A stretch of DNA of 32,000 nt, taken from positions 180,001-212,000 of the forward strand of contig CP065004.1 of the NCBI GenBank assembly GCA_016700135.1, written 5' to 3'. This DNA is from Candidatus Saccharimonadota bacterium. GTDB taxonomy: Bacteria; Patescibacteriota; Microgenomatia; UBA1406; GWC2-37-13. Below the pieces are notes generated by a model that had not been told where the DNA came from, did not search any database, and saw only the letters and a program-made list of their open reading frames with translations. This document shows, in pieces, positions 15,208 to 24,335 of the stretch. Made by a program: the position numbers and the translations under genes. Numbering within the stretch: position 1 is the stretch's first letter; each line of letters begins with the position of its first letter.

Positions 15208-17526
15208 ATGGAATGGTTTATATCAATACTTAACTGGTACCTGTATCTTGCGGTTCTCGGATTACTTTTTTGGCCCCTTTCCAAGCGATTATTCGGAACA
15301 TTTATTGATAAAGGATACGCCTTTTCAAAAACAATAAGTATTATCATTCTCAGCTATGCAATTTTCCTTCTCGGTATTCTGCATATCCTGCCTTTTTCAA
15401 AGGAAAGCCTGATTATTCTGCTGATCATTTCCGGATTTATGATCTTCAGATATTTCAAAAAGGAAATTATTGAGATCAAGAAACTCGATCCGAAAACATG
15501 GTTATTGATCGGCGGGATTGAAATTATGTTCTTCATCGGCCTTGTCGCGCTTTCATTTGTACGGGGACAGGAACCGTCCATACACGGACTCGAAAAATTT
15601 ATGGATTTCGGATTTATGCAGTCAATTAACCGCTCCGAATATTTCCCCCCGAAAGACATGTGGCTCTCGGCCGATCCTACTCACCCTGATGGGTATCCGA
15701 TCAATTACTACTATTTCGGGCATTTGACCGGATCATTCCTGATAAAACTTACCGGAATTAACCCTTTTGTCGGATACAATCTCACACTGGCAACGATTTT
15801 TGCACAGGGAATAACACTCGCTTTTACACTTACTGCCTCAATCGTGCAACGATTACAAGTACTGCTGAATAAAGGAAAAGGTTTAAGCAGGATTCCGTCA
15901 GTTATAACGGGACTTTTGGGAAGCTTTATGGTTAACCTCGGCGGGAATCTCCATACGATTTATACTTTGACAAAAGGATATCCGAATGATAAACCTATAC
16001 CCTTCTGGGAGATTTTCCAGTCTCCGAAGGACATATCCACGACCATGAGTACCGGTAAAGGGTTGTTTGAGAGTATTGTCCAAAACTCAAGTTACTGGTA
16101 CCCAAATGCTACCAGATTCATCCCTTTCACGATCCATGAATTCCCGTCATATTCTTATGTCGTTGCGGATTTGCACGGACATGTATTTGATATTCCGCTC
16201 GTATTAGTCACCATTGCAATCATCTGGAGATTTTTTGAGTTTTGGCATAGTACAGACAAAAAGAAACCTGAGTTTTTCAAGGGTTTCAATATTTTCAATT
16301 TATTTAAGAAAAAAACATCATTCAGCAATATCAAAGAGAAGGTACATTCACTAAAAATTCAAAAAACAGAAGCGATTTTTTCCGTTTTAATCGGTTTTAT
16401 GATCGGCATCAATTATATGACCAATGCTTTCGACGGTCCGATCTATCTTCTTATCGCATTTGTCATGTTTTTCTATCTCTATCGTACGACGCTCAAATTC
16501 ATAGCACTGTCCGTGATAACGATTGCATCATTTGTTGTGACGACCCTTCCGTTTTCGTGGTTTTTTGAACCTTTTGCCAGCTCGATTGGAGTCAACTGCA
16601 GCCCGGATTTTCTGGTCAAACTGGAAAAACTCGGCCCGTTTTTGTTCGAGCAGGGAAACTGTCAGGTATCTCCGATTTATATGCTGTTTGTATTGTGGGG
16701 ATTCTTTTGGATATCCGCTATTCTCCTTCTCGTTTTTCTTTGGAAGAACGGTCATTTTAATAAATCACCGATTATATGGATTGACTCCTTTGTTCTGATG
16801 TTGTTTGCATACGGAACGTTTCTGATACTGGTACCCGAGTTCTTTTATATCAAAGACATCTATCCCGGCCATTTCCGGGCAAATACGATGTTTAAGATGG
16901 GATATCAGGCATTTATGATGATGAGTATCAGCTCGGCCTATGTGTTCTACCGTATCGGTATGTGGAAATCAAAACTACGTTTTGTTCTGAGAGGTATATT
17001 TGCATTCTTTTTTATATTTGTTTTCATCTATCCTTTCCTTGCATTCCCTTCCTATTACCCGGGACTGTACGACATCGAAACGTACCGTAAATCTCCTAAC
17101 CTGGACGGCAGTTCCTGGATGGCAAGTATGTACCCGCAGGATAAAGAGATCATTGACTATATCAACGATAATATTGCCGGACAGCCGGTGATTCTTGAGG
17201 CTCAGGGAGACTCATATACCGATTATGACCGGGTGTCAGCATACACCGGAGTACCGACCGTTGCCGGCTGGTGGGTACATCAATGGCTGTGGAGAGGGTC
17301 ACCGGGTATAGTCGGAGATCGGATTCCTGACATTGAGGCTCTGTATCAGTCCGAAGATATCCAACAAACCAAGCACCTCATCAACAAATATGATATTGAG
17401 TATGTAGTCATCTCCAATATTGAAAGAGAAAAATATCCCAATATCAATGAGGAAAAATTCGGTCAAATAGGGATCAAAGTATTCCAGTCCGATAATGGTT
17501 TTGGGGCTCTGTATAAGGTATATTAG
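15208..17526 (+). CDS. DUF2298 / Chlor_Arch_YYY-family polytopic membrane protein (GT-C-like)
   Basis: 772 aa with many TM helices. Carries the family-defining YYYxG motif (YPINYYYFGHLTG). The C-terminal soluble part has VILEAQGDSYTDYDRVSAYTGVPTVAGWWVHQWLWRG. Confidence 0.8.
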   Translation: MEWFISILNWYLYLAVLGLLFWPLSKRLFGTFIDKGYAFSKTISIIILSYAIFLLGILHILPFSKESLIILLIISGFMIFRYFKKEIIEIKKLDPKTWLLIGGIEIMFFIGLVALSFVRGQEPSIHGLEKFMDFGFMQSINRSEYFPPKDMWLSADPTHPDGYPINYYYFGHLTGSFLIKLTGINPFVGYNLTLATIFAQGITLAFTLTASIVQRLQVLLNKGKGLSRIPSVITGLLGSFMVNLGGNLHTIYTLTKGYPNDKPIPFWEIFQSPKDISTTMSTGKGLFESIVQNSSYWYPNATRFIPFTIHEFPSYSYVVADLHGHVFDIPLVLVTIAIIWRFFEFWHSTDKKKPEFFKGFNIFNLFKKKTSFSNIKEKVHSLKIQKTEAIFSVLIGFMIGINYMTNAFDGPIYLLIAFVMFFYLYRTTLKFIALSVITIASFVVTTLPFSWFFEPFASSIGVNCSPDFLVKLEKLGPFLFEQGNCQVSPIYMLFVLWGFFWISAILLLVFLWKNGHFNKSPIIWIDSFVLMLFAYGTFLILVPEFFYIKDIYPGHFRANTMFKMGYQAFMMMSISSAYVFYRIGMWKSKLRFVLRGIFAFFFIFVFIYPFLAFPSYYPGLYDIETYRKSPNLDGSSWMASMYPQDKEIIDYINDNIAGQPVILEAQGDSYTDYDRVSAYTGVPTVAGWWVHQWLWRGSPGIVGDRIPDIEALYQSEDIQQTKHLINKYDIEYVVISNIEREKYPNINEEKFGQIGIKVFQSDNGFGALYKVY

Positions 17527-17602
17527 ACAATATGCTTGACAAGATATCAGGGTTATGATATCGTTAATTAGGTTGTTCTTGAATAGTATCAAGAATAAAA
17601 AA

Positions 17603-17661
17603 AGAGCATTACTATACGTCGTCCCCTTTATACGAGCGGTAGTGATGCTCTTTCTTTTTTT
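17603..17661 (+). terminator. probable intrinsic terminator after the YYY gene
   Basis: AGAGCATTACTA (17603-17614) pairs with TAGTGATGCTCT (17640-17651): 12 bp including one G-U. It is followed by TTCTTTTTTT. The 25-nt loop is long, which lowers confidence. Confidence 0.5.
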
Positions 17662-18020
17662 GTCCCCCTTTAGCGGTAGATTTTTATAGCTGTATTATTT
17701 GAAACGGCAACGACAGATTTTTATTCATCAGTGCAAACAACTGCTTCCGTCCGAAATTCTTCATATCGTTGTTTAAAAACTTAGAGCTGTTTCTTTTTCC
17801 TCTGTTCGCAAATCTGACCGGTGTCAATTTCATATCTTTATCGTAATCCACTTTTCAACACCAGTCAAGTCTTATAGTAATTATTGGTTACTTTTTACAG
17901 CATCCTATAGTTTTTAATAACATATATAGACTGCTGTATCAATATTTTTTCAGTTATACACACCTTGTGGATAACTGTATTTACGGCTATTTATTACAGA
18001 TTCCTAACAGTTCTGGAGTT

Positions 18021-18029
18021 TGCTACAAT
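18021..18029 (+). promoter_or_regulatory. extended -10 TGCTACAAT, 6 nt upstream of ATG 18036
   Basis: TTTGCTACAATAGAAGTATG. Confidence 0.4.
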
Positions 18030-18035
18030 AGAAGT

Positions 18036-18806
18036 ATGAAAGTCTCAGTCGTAATTCCCACATATAACGAGGAAAAATATATCGGTACTTGTTTGGAATC
18101 ACTCATGCAACAGGAAGAAAAAGCAGATGAAATCATTATTGTCGACAACAACTGTACAGACAAAACCGTAGAAATTGCTAAGCAATATCCTGTGAGAATA
18201 GTTCACGAAAAGACACAGGGTATGACACCAGCCAGAAATCGAGGGTATGATGAGGCTAAATATGAAATTATCGCCCGAACCGATGCAGATGCCATCCTTC
18301 CGACGAATTGGATTGCAACAATAAAGAAAGGCTTTGCGGATGAAAACATTGTTGCTCTTGCCGGCCCTACATTTTTTTATGACGCCCCTCTGCCCGGTAC
18401 GACAACCAAGCTTCAATCCATCATTTTTTTTAAGGGGACAAGACTTATGCTTGGTCATGAGACAACACACGGGCCGAATACTGCTCTGAGGAAATCTGCA
18501 TGGGAGAAGGTCCGAAATGACGTCTGTCTGGATGACCGCGCCGTACATGAAGATATTGATTTAGCTATACATCTCAGCCGTATCGGTACCATCAAATATG
18601 AGCCCGCTATGCTCAACAAAGTATCGGCACGCCGCATCAACTACAATTTTTCTTCAATAGCAACGGATTATTCAGTACGGTGGTTCAAAACCTGTCTTCA
18701 CCAAAGATGGCCTGACTTGAAGAATAAATTACCACACCCGGCGATAATAGAAAAAGCCAAAAACGCCTACCACAATAAGCGCAGAAAAGACAATACTGAG
18801 AGCTGA
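18036..18806 (+). CDS. family 2 glycosyltransferase
   Basis: MKVSVVIPTYNEEKYIGTCLESL ... IIIVDNNCTDKT ... ARTDADAI (DxD-like). The track ORF began at a GTG at 17967. I trimmed it to the ATG at 18036, which sits 6 nt after TGCTACAAT. Confidence 0.85.
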   Translation: MKVSVVIPTYNEEKYIGTCLESLMQQEEKADEIIIVDNNCTDKTVEIAKQYPVRIVHEKTQGMTPARNRGYDEAKYEIIARTDADAILPTNWIATIKKGFADENIVALAGPTFFYDAPLPGTTTKLQSIIFFKGTRLMLGHETTHGPNTALRKSAWEKVRNDVCLDDRAVHEDIDLAIHLSRIGTIKYEPAMLNKVSARRINYNFSSIATDYSVRWFKTCLHQRWPDLKNKLPHPAIIEKAKNAYHNKRRKDNTES

Positions 18807-18980
18807 ATCCAACAACTGGGGGAAGTACAGATGAAGATCTAAAATAAAAAAAACATTGAAAGGTGTAAAAGATTTCTGCTGGATCGCCATAACGGCCAAT
18901 ATAATAAGATGTACCGAAACAAATACCAAAGATCCCTTCATCCATGTATCTATAATTCTGTTGTCATGAAACTGTTTCAT
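18729..18980 (-). CDS. possible small 2-3 TM membrane protein
   Basis: 83-aa hydrophobic ORF starting 12 nt after the hydrolase gene. It overlaps the convergent GT2 3' end by 78 nt, which argues against it. Confidence 0.3.
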   Translation of the reverse strand: MKQFHDNRIIDTWMKGSLVFVSVHLIILAVMAIQQKSFTPFNVFFILDLHLYFPQLLDSALSIVFSALIVVGVFGFFYYRRVW

Positions 18981-18992
18981 AGAGATATTGTA

Positions 18993-19955
18993 TCACGCAG
19001 TAAATTCCTTGAGTAGATCTTTCTCCTGAAGATCATAATCTAGAAAGCCGAAATCCCGGTCCGGATTGAACGAACCGTAGTGACTGCCGTGCTGATCCGC
19101 AAGTGCATAAATGCTTACGGGTATCTGTATCGACTCACAGTAAGAAATAATCCGTTTGTAGATATACGCAATTCCTGAAGCATCAACTTTGGGATTCAGC
19201 AGCGGGCTGACTCCGATTTCCGAAATGATAAGCCGGTGTTTTTTGTATTTTTCGCGTGTTTCTCTGATTCGGGATATGATTTCTTCGGTAATTTGCTCAG
19301 GCTTTTTAAAGGAAACATAGCAGGACAATGTGTACGGATGAAATGCTATCATATCAACGTATTTTTCGGCTCCAAGACGTATGCATTCTTCAATAAACCC
19401 TTTGTAATGGAAGTAATGCCTAGGCATATACATCATAGGTGTAATATCATTTCCGTTTACTCCTCCGAAAATAATCGTAATCTGCGGATTCTCTTTATGA
19501 ATGATTTCCCGTATATGTTTTAAGAATGTTACATACTCCCCAGGTGAGGGTTTGTTAATCCAAAACCGCTTTGAATTCTGCTCATTCCAGATTTCCCAAT
19601 AAAAAATAAGGTCTCTCCATCTGTGTACTGCAGAGGATACGAATTTCAAAAACGGTTCCATATTGGACATAACGGGTGTATGGATATGATGGGGGAAAAA
19701 AATATTCTGCAGTGAGGCAGGTACAAATTGAGAAAACAATCCTACGACAACGATGTCATGATTCAGACATTGAGAACAAAAATAATCTATTGCATCAAGC
19801 TTTTCCCGATGAACATATTTAAGGTAATCGATTTCCAGTCTTACCCATCGTGCTTTGAGCTTAATCAGTGCCCTGATAAGGACATCTATGTCTTTTGTCG
19901 TAAAATGATTGAGATCCACATTCACCCCGAATCCCATAAGAGGAGGTGCTTTCAT
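18993..19955 (-). CDS. clan GH-A (GH5-like) TIM-barrel glycoside hydrolase
   Basis: YWEIWNEQN matches the acid/base NE motif. ISEIGVS is a candidate nucleophile Glu. No signal peptide seen. Confidence 0.65.
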   Translation of the reverse strand: MKAPPLMGFGVNVDLNHFTTKDIDVLIRALIKLKARWVRLEIDYLKYVHREKLDAIDYFCSQCLNHDIVVVGLFSQFVPASLQNIFFPHHIHTPVMSNMEPFLKFVSSAVHRWRDLIFYWEIWNEQNSKRFWINKPSPGEYVTFLKHIREIIHKENPQITIIFGGVNGNDITPMMYMPRHYFHYKGFIEECIRLGAEKYVDMIAFHPYTLSCYVSFKKPEQITEEIISRIRETREKYKKHRLIISEIGVSPLLNPKVDASGIAYIYKRIISYCESIQIPVSIYALADQHGSHYGSFNPDRDFGFLDYDLQEKDLLKEFTA

Positions 19956-19957
19956 GG

Positions 19958-21745
19958 TTATTTATTTGAGTATTGTAACGAAAACATATCGGCTATTTCA
20001 TGCAGTGTTGTCACTTCAGTCGGAGATTTGTCATCACGGAATCTCACGAGTCTGGGAAAACGAAGGGCATATCCGGGTGTTTCTACTTCTTCTCCCGCTC
20101 CCGACTTTGTCGGTTTCATTTTTCTTCCTGCGGTATGGACCGGTGATCTTGTGATCTCATCAGCTTTAATCTCGACAATAATTTCAGGAGAAATCCATTC
20201 ATCACAATCCATAAGCTTATCAACTTCATATGCAGCCGGTTTTTTGTCCTTTGTCAATTTTTCACTTTTTACCTTTAATTCGCGCCATTCCTCATCCGTG
20301 AGTCCGGTCCCGATTTTGGCAACAGTCAGGAACTGATCATTTTTTTCATCATAAATTCCGACCAAAAATGCCCCGATCCCGAAGGAAGCACGTTTCCCTT
20401 TTCCGTAATCGTAACCCATGACAAGACAATCGATAGTGTCATCAATTTTTGAGGAGTAGCTTCTCTTAAATTTAATCCAGTTCCATCCCCGTGCTCCCGG
20501 CTGATAGGTACCGTCAAGTTTTTTCGCGACAATACCCTCCAGTCCTTTTGTAATCGCATCATCAAACATCAGTTCCAGTTTTTGCGGATCTTCAATCACG
20601 GTGTCATCGGCTACAATCACCGTATCCAAAGCACGGTCACCCGTGTTTTTTATTCTTTTTACAAGCTCTTCGCGGCGTTTGGTAAACGGTTCGGATACAT
20701 AGTTTGTACCGTCAGCATAAAGAAGTTCAAATGCAAATAATTTGAGCGGGATTTCTTTCGCTTTTTCTTCAATACCGTATTTCCTTTTCCGCTGTACGGT
20801 CTCCTGAAACGGAAGAAAACTTTGCGCCATAGGATCGTATCCTATCGCTTCTCCTTCAATGATTGCCTCATCCGCTTTCAGCTCTTTTTGCACACCTGAA
20901 ACGACATCGGGATACATAAAAGTAGCATCCTCAAGTCCCCGAGTGTAAAGTTTTACTTCTTTGCCTTTTTTATGAACCTGAATTCTGAAGCCGTCAAATT
21001 TCGGTTCAATTGCACATCTTCCGATCTTTTCAATGATTTCCTCACCTGATGACAAACGCTCAGCCCGCATCATAATGATCGGTGTAAAAACTTCGGGTTG
21101 AATATCCCGCACTTTTTCTATTCCTTTTTCTTTAATCAGTTTGCCGATATGCCCCAGATCAGGATACACATGATATGCTCCCTGAAGCACTTCACGAAGC
21201 CCTTTATCGCCTTGGATCATCCATGACAATGCATCAAGTATGGTCATGTCAGAAAATCCGAGCCTCAAGGCACCGACCGGAATGCGTACGACAAAACGCG
21301 TTGAAAGGGCATCTAGCTGTCTAATGAGAGAACCCAGCAATCTTATTTTTTCATCCTGAGAGCCGACCCCTTCTGCCTGAGCCATTTTCAGAAGCGTATC
21401 AAAGACTTCAATAATACTGAGGTCTCTTTGCTCAAATGACGGATTATTTTCCTTTAATGTTTGTGCAACTTCTCCGAGATCTCCTATTTTCTTGTATTCA
21501 TTCGTAAAATCCTTATGATCCACCTGCATTGCAGAGACAACTGCTTTTATCACCATTTTTTCCGCCATGCCGAAATTTACGTCATCATACTTCGGAGATA
21601 CCTGACCCTGCAGCAGATATACGGCTTTTTCATACTCATCAGGCGTGAGCTTCCCGAATAAATCAGCCAGAATTTTTGTAATCTCCAGTCTTGAGGAGGT
21701 ATCCTCAATTTTTTTGATGTATTGAGATAGTTCTTGAAATGTCAT
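19958..21745 (-). CDS. lig: ATP-dependent DNA ligase, archaeal/eukaryotic Lig1-like architecture
   Basis: 595 aa. Adenylation motif I KxDGxR in EPKFDGFRIQV. EGIVAKKLDGTYQPGARGWNWIKFK (motifs IV-V). The length is compatible with an N-terminal DNA-binding domain. Confidence 0.9.
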   Translation of the reverse strand: MTFQELSQYIKKIEDTSSRLEITKILADLFGKLTPDEYEKAVYLLQGQVSPKYDDVNFGMAEKMVIKAVVSAMQVDHKDFTNEYKKIGDLGEVAQTLKENNPSFEQRDLSIIEVFDTLLKMAQAEGVGSQDEKIRLLGSLIRQLDALSTRFVVRIPVGALRLGFSDMTILDALSWMIQGDKGLREVLQGAYHVYPDLGHIGKLIKEKGIEKVRDIQPEVFTPIIMMRAERLSSGEEIIEKIGRCAIEPKFDGFRIQVHKKGKEVKLYTRGLEDATFMYPDVVSGVQKELKADEAIIEGEAIGYDPMAQSFLPFQETVQRKRKYGIEEKAKEIPLKLFAFELLYADGTNYVSEPFTKRREELVKRIKNTGDRALDTVIVADDTVIEDPQKLELMFDDAITKGLEGIVAKKLDGTYQPGARGWNWIKFKRSYSSKIDDTIDCLVMGYDYGKGKRASFGIGAFLVGIYDEKNDQFLTVAKIGTGLTDEEWRELKVKSEKLTKDKKPAAYEVDKLMDCDEWISPEIIVEIKADEITRSPVHTAGRKMKPTKSGAGEEVETPGYALRFPRLVRFRDDKSPTEVTTLHEIADMFSLQYSNK

Positions 21746-21748
21746 AGG

Positions 21749-22810
21749 TTAACCTGTAAGCACGTAACGGGCAGCTTTCGTCTTTCCGATTTTTTTAACA
21801 AGTCCTTTGTCGATCAAATCTTTCAGATCACGGAGCACCGAATCCTCGGAAATATCCGGAAATATTGAAGCGAAACCTTTGTTCTGGATATAACCGATAT
21901 CCTGCATATATTCTATTAATCTCACTTGTCTTTCCGTCAAAAAAATTTGTTTCCCTCCGAATTTTTCTTTCAGTTTGGCATCTTTTGAGAGTCTGAGGAT
22001 TTTATCCTTAATTTTTTCAAATTCAACTGCGGCGCCGTAAGTAAAGTATTCAAGCCATGAAGTCATATCTCCGTTTGTGGCTTTTTGCAGGTTTTCATAA
22101 TACATGATGGCGTCTTTGTCATAATATTCTTCAAGGGAGAAAAACCGGCGGATGTCATATCCACCCTGTTGCAAAAGAAGTGTCGCAAGGCTTCGGGAAA
22201 CTCTTCCGTTCCCGTCAAGAAACGGGTGAATACGGACAAACTCGTGATGCGCAATGCCAGCTTTCAGAACAGGATGAAGGTCATCTTTGGTTGTCAGGTT
22301 AATCCATGTGACAAATTCCTTCATTAGGTACGGAACCTCAACAGGAGCAGGCGGTTTGAACGTCACTTCCCCTGTTTGTGAATTCCGGATTACGACCTGT
22401 TTGGTACGGTAGACACCGGCCTGATCGGGCGGTAATATTTTATCTACAACGATCGAATGTATTTTCTGTATTGTATTTTCCGTGACTTCAGGGACCTGTT
22501 TTTTTGCTTCTTCATCAATAAAATCAATTACTTTCCGATAATTCATCACTTCCTGGACATCACGTGCCCGTGCCATCACATCTTTTCCCCGAAGGACGTC
22601 TTTTGCCTCATCCTTTTGGAGCATATTTCCTTCAATGTGTGTACCGTGATGGACTGATCTGACTATGGCATCTTCACGAAATTCTTTTTCCCATAAAGGG
22701 AGTATCGGAGCATGCTTAATAACCTCTTCAGTTGCTTCAATCTTTGAAATATTCGTCAGAATTTTATTGGTTATGTTGTACTTGGGAGAGAACATATCTT
22801 GCACCCTCAT
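21749..22810 (-). CDS. Fic-family protein with C-terminal winged-helix-like domain
   Basis: Fic active-site motif HPFLDGNGRVSR. N-terminal THIEGN (inhibitory-Glu-like). I prefer the ATG at 22810 over the TTG at 22819 used in the track. Confidence 0.85.
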   Translation of the reverse strand: MRVQDMFSPKYNITNKILTNISKIEATEEVIKHAPILPLWEKEFREDAIVRSVHHGTHIEGNMLQKDEAKDVLRGKDVMARARDVQEVMNYRKVIDFIDEEAKKQVPEVTENTIQKIHSIVVDKILPPDQAGVYRTKQVVIRNSQTGEVTFKPPAPVEVPYLMKEFVTWINLTTKDDLHPVLKAGIAHHEFVRIHPFLDGNGRVSRSLATLLLQQGGYDIRRFFSLEEYYDKDAIMYYENLQKATNGDMTSWLEYFTYGAAVEFEKIKDKILRLSKDAKLKEKFGGKQIFLTERQVRLIEYMQDIGYIQNKGFASIFPDISEDSVLRDLKDLIDKGLVKKIGKTKAARYVLTG

Positions 22811-22843
22811 TATATACAAAATGAGAGAAATATGCGGTAATAA

Positions 22844-23539
22844 TTACTTACCGAACCGTCTCTGACGATGGAGGAAATCTTCGACGCATTGTTTAAGATC
22901 AGCGGGAGTGAAGTCAGGGAAAAGCTTGTCAACAAATGCATATTCTGCATATTCGGCCTGCCAGAGCATAAAACCTGAAGTGCGTTTGTCTCCGCCTGTT
23001 CGAATCACAAGATCGGGATCAGGCAGATCTTTTGTATCAATACGGTTTGAGATATATTCTTTGGTTATTGATTCCTGATCAACATGTTCCCGTACAATGT
23101 TTCTTATCGCGCGAACCAACTCATCTCTGCCGCCGTAATTTATGGCAAACGTAACTACAGTGCCGGTATTTGTCTTTGTTCTTTCGATCGCCGCCTCAAG
23201 TTCTTTTTGTGTGTCTGCCGGTAGATTCGCTATATCACCGATAATGCGCATCCTCACATTTTTCCTATCAAGCTCCTCAATCCGTTTTTTAAGGAATAGT
23301 TTGAGAAGCCACAGGAGATTACTGACTTCTTCCTGCGTCCGTTTAGTGAAGTTCTCCGGAGAAAGCAGCCACACGGTGCAATACTCAATCCCCAATTCCT
23401 GGACTGCATCAAACAGATCAGGAAGGGTGTGTTCTACGGCATACCGATGACCCTCTATCGACGGCTTCCCTTTAGAACGGGCCCACCTGCGGTTTCCGTC
23501 AGGGATAATTGCGACATGTTTGAGTTCTGATTGATGCAT
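22844..23539 (-). CDS. uppS: undecaprenyl-diphosphate synthase-type cis-prenyltransferase
   Basis: HVAIIPDGNRRWA; NYGGRDE; RTGGDKRTSGFMLWQAEYAE. Confidence 0.9.
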   Translation of the reverse strand: MHQSELKHVAIIPDGNRRWARSKGKPSIEGHRYAVEHTLPDLFDAVQELGIEYCTVWLLSPENFTKRTQEEVSNLLWLLKLFLKKRIEELDRKNVRMRIIGDIANLPADTQKELEAAIERTKTNTGTVVTFAINYGGRDELVRAIRNIVREHVDQESITKEYISNRIDTKDLPDPDLVIRTGGDKRTSGFMLWQAEYAEYAFVDKLFPDFTPADLKQCVEDFLHRQRRFGK

Positions 23540-23547
23540 AACTCCAT

Positions 23548-23556
23548 ATTATAACA
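23548..23556 (-). promoter_or_regulatory. extended -10 TGTTATAAT, 8 nt upstream of the uppS ATG
   Basis: Minus strand reads CTTGTTATAATATGGAGTTATG. Confidence 0.4.
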
Positions 23557-23593
23557 AGATCACGTAAGCATATATCTTGCTTTTGCCTCAGGA

Positions 23594-23932
23594 TTGGTAT
23601 ACACTCATTGGTATATGTATAAGCTAGCCTTTCAATCTCTTCTTCAGATAGATATACGTGATAAAGACATTTTTCCCGCCTCAAGATTCGGAGACATAAA
23701 CACCTTACTCAGTATCGTTGTACCTACTCTGACCATTATCGGCGTTGTCATTTTCGGTGCGATGTTTATGTGGGCAGGGTATCAAATCCTGACTGCCGGT
23801 GATGAACCTGACAAACTCCAGCAGGCACGGCAAACCGCTGTGTATGCTGCCGTCGGAATGCTTATTATTGTGGCTGCATTCCTGATCGTCCGGCTGCTTG
23901 CATTTATTTTCAAACTTGAAATTCCAATATGA
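23594..23932 (+). CDS. small TrbC/VirB2-like two-helix 'pilin' protein 1
   Basis: Helix 1 is LLSIVVPTLTIIGVVIFGAMFMWAGYQIL. The loop is TAGDEPDKLQQARQ. Helix 2 is AVYAAVGMLIIVAAFLIVRLL. The start is uncertain (TTG 23594 or ATG 23615). ATGA overlap with the next gene. Confidence 0.65.
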   Translation: MVYTHWYMYKLAFQSLLQIDIRDKDIFPASRFGDINTLLSIVVPTLTIIGVVIFGAMFMWAGYQILTAGDEPDKLQQARQTAVYAAVGMLIIVAAFLIVRLLAFIFKLEIPI

Positions 23933-24333
23933 ACCTTTCAATACTTTTTGAGAAAACGAACCAGATATTACTTACTTCACCGGTCAGCAACGTATTCGGT
24001 ACACCCGTGAAGCCCCCCGGTCCGACTTGGACGAACCCGGTTGAAGGAATCTCCCGCATCATGGTTTTCAGCATCCGCATGGCTCTTATCATCGGTGTGA
24101 TTCTGGTGCTTTTTTATCTTCTGTGGGGTGCATTTGACTGGATCACCGGCGGAGGAGATCAGGACAAACTGGATAAGGCAAGACAGAAAATGACGAATGC
24201 CGTGCTCGGTATTGTGATCATGGTTGCCGCACTGGGATTATTTGCAGCAGTAGCAGGAGATGTTCTCGGGCTTATCAAACGTGATGCACAGGGGAACTGG
24301 AGATTTTCACTGCCGACTATTCAGGAGCAGTAG
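23929..24333 (+). CDS. small TrbC/VirB2-like two-helix 'pilin' protein 2
   Basis: Helix 1 is ALIIGVILVLFYLLWGAFDWI. The loop is TGGGDQDKLDKARQK. Helix 2 is AVLGIVIMVAALGLFAAVAG. Same hairpin pattern as the neighbouring gene. Confidence 0.7.
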   Translation: MNLSILFEKTNQILLTSPVSNVFGTPVKPPGPTWTNPVEGISRIMVFSIRMALIIGVILVLFYLLWGAFDWITGGGDQDKLDKARQKMTNAVLGIVIMVAALGLFAAVAGDVLGLIKRDAQGNWRFSLPTIQEQ

Positions 24334-24335
24334 TA

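Noticed and set aside
17967-18035. GTG-initiated 23-aa extension of the glycosyltransferase
   Set aside because: GT2 enzymes begin right at the MKVSVVIPTYNE beta-strand, and the ATG at 18036 has an extended -10 box 6 nt upstream.
23593-23616. Short direct repeat TTGGTATA..TTGGTATA upstream of or within the start of pilin gene 1
   Set aside because: There are only two 8-nt copies in AT-rich DNA, with no partner elsewhere in the window. That is insufficient to call an operator.
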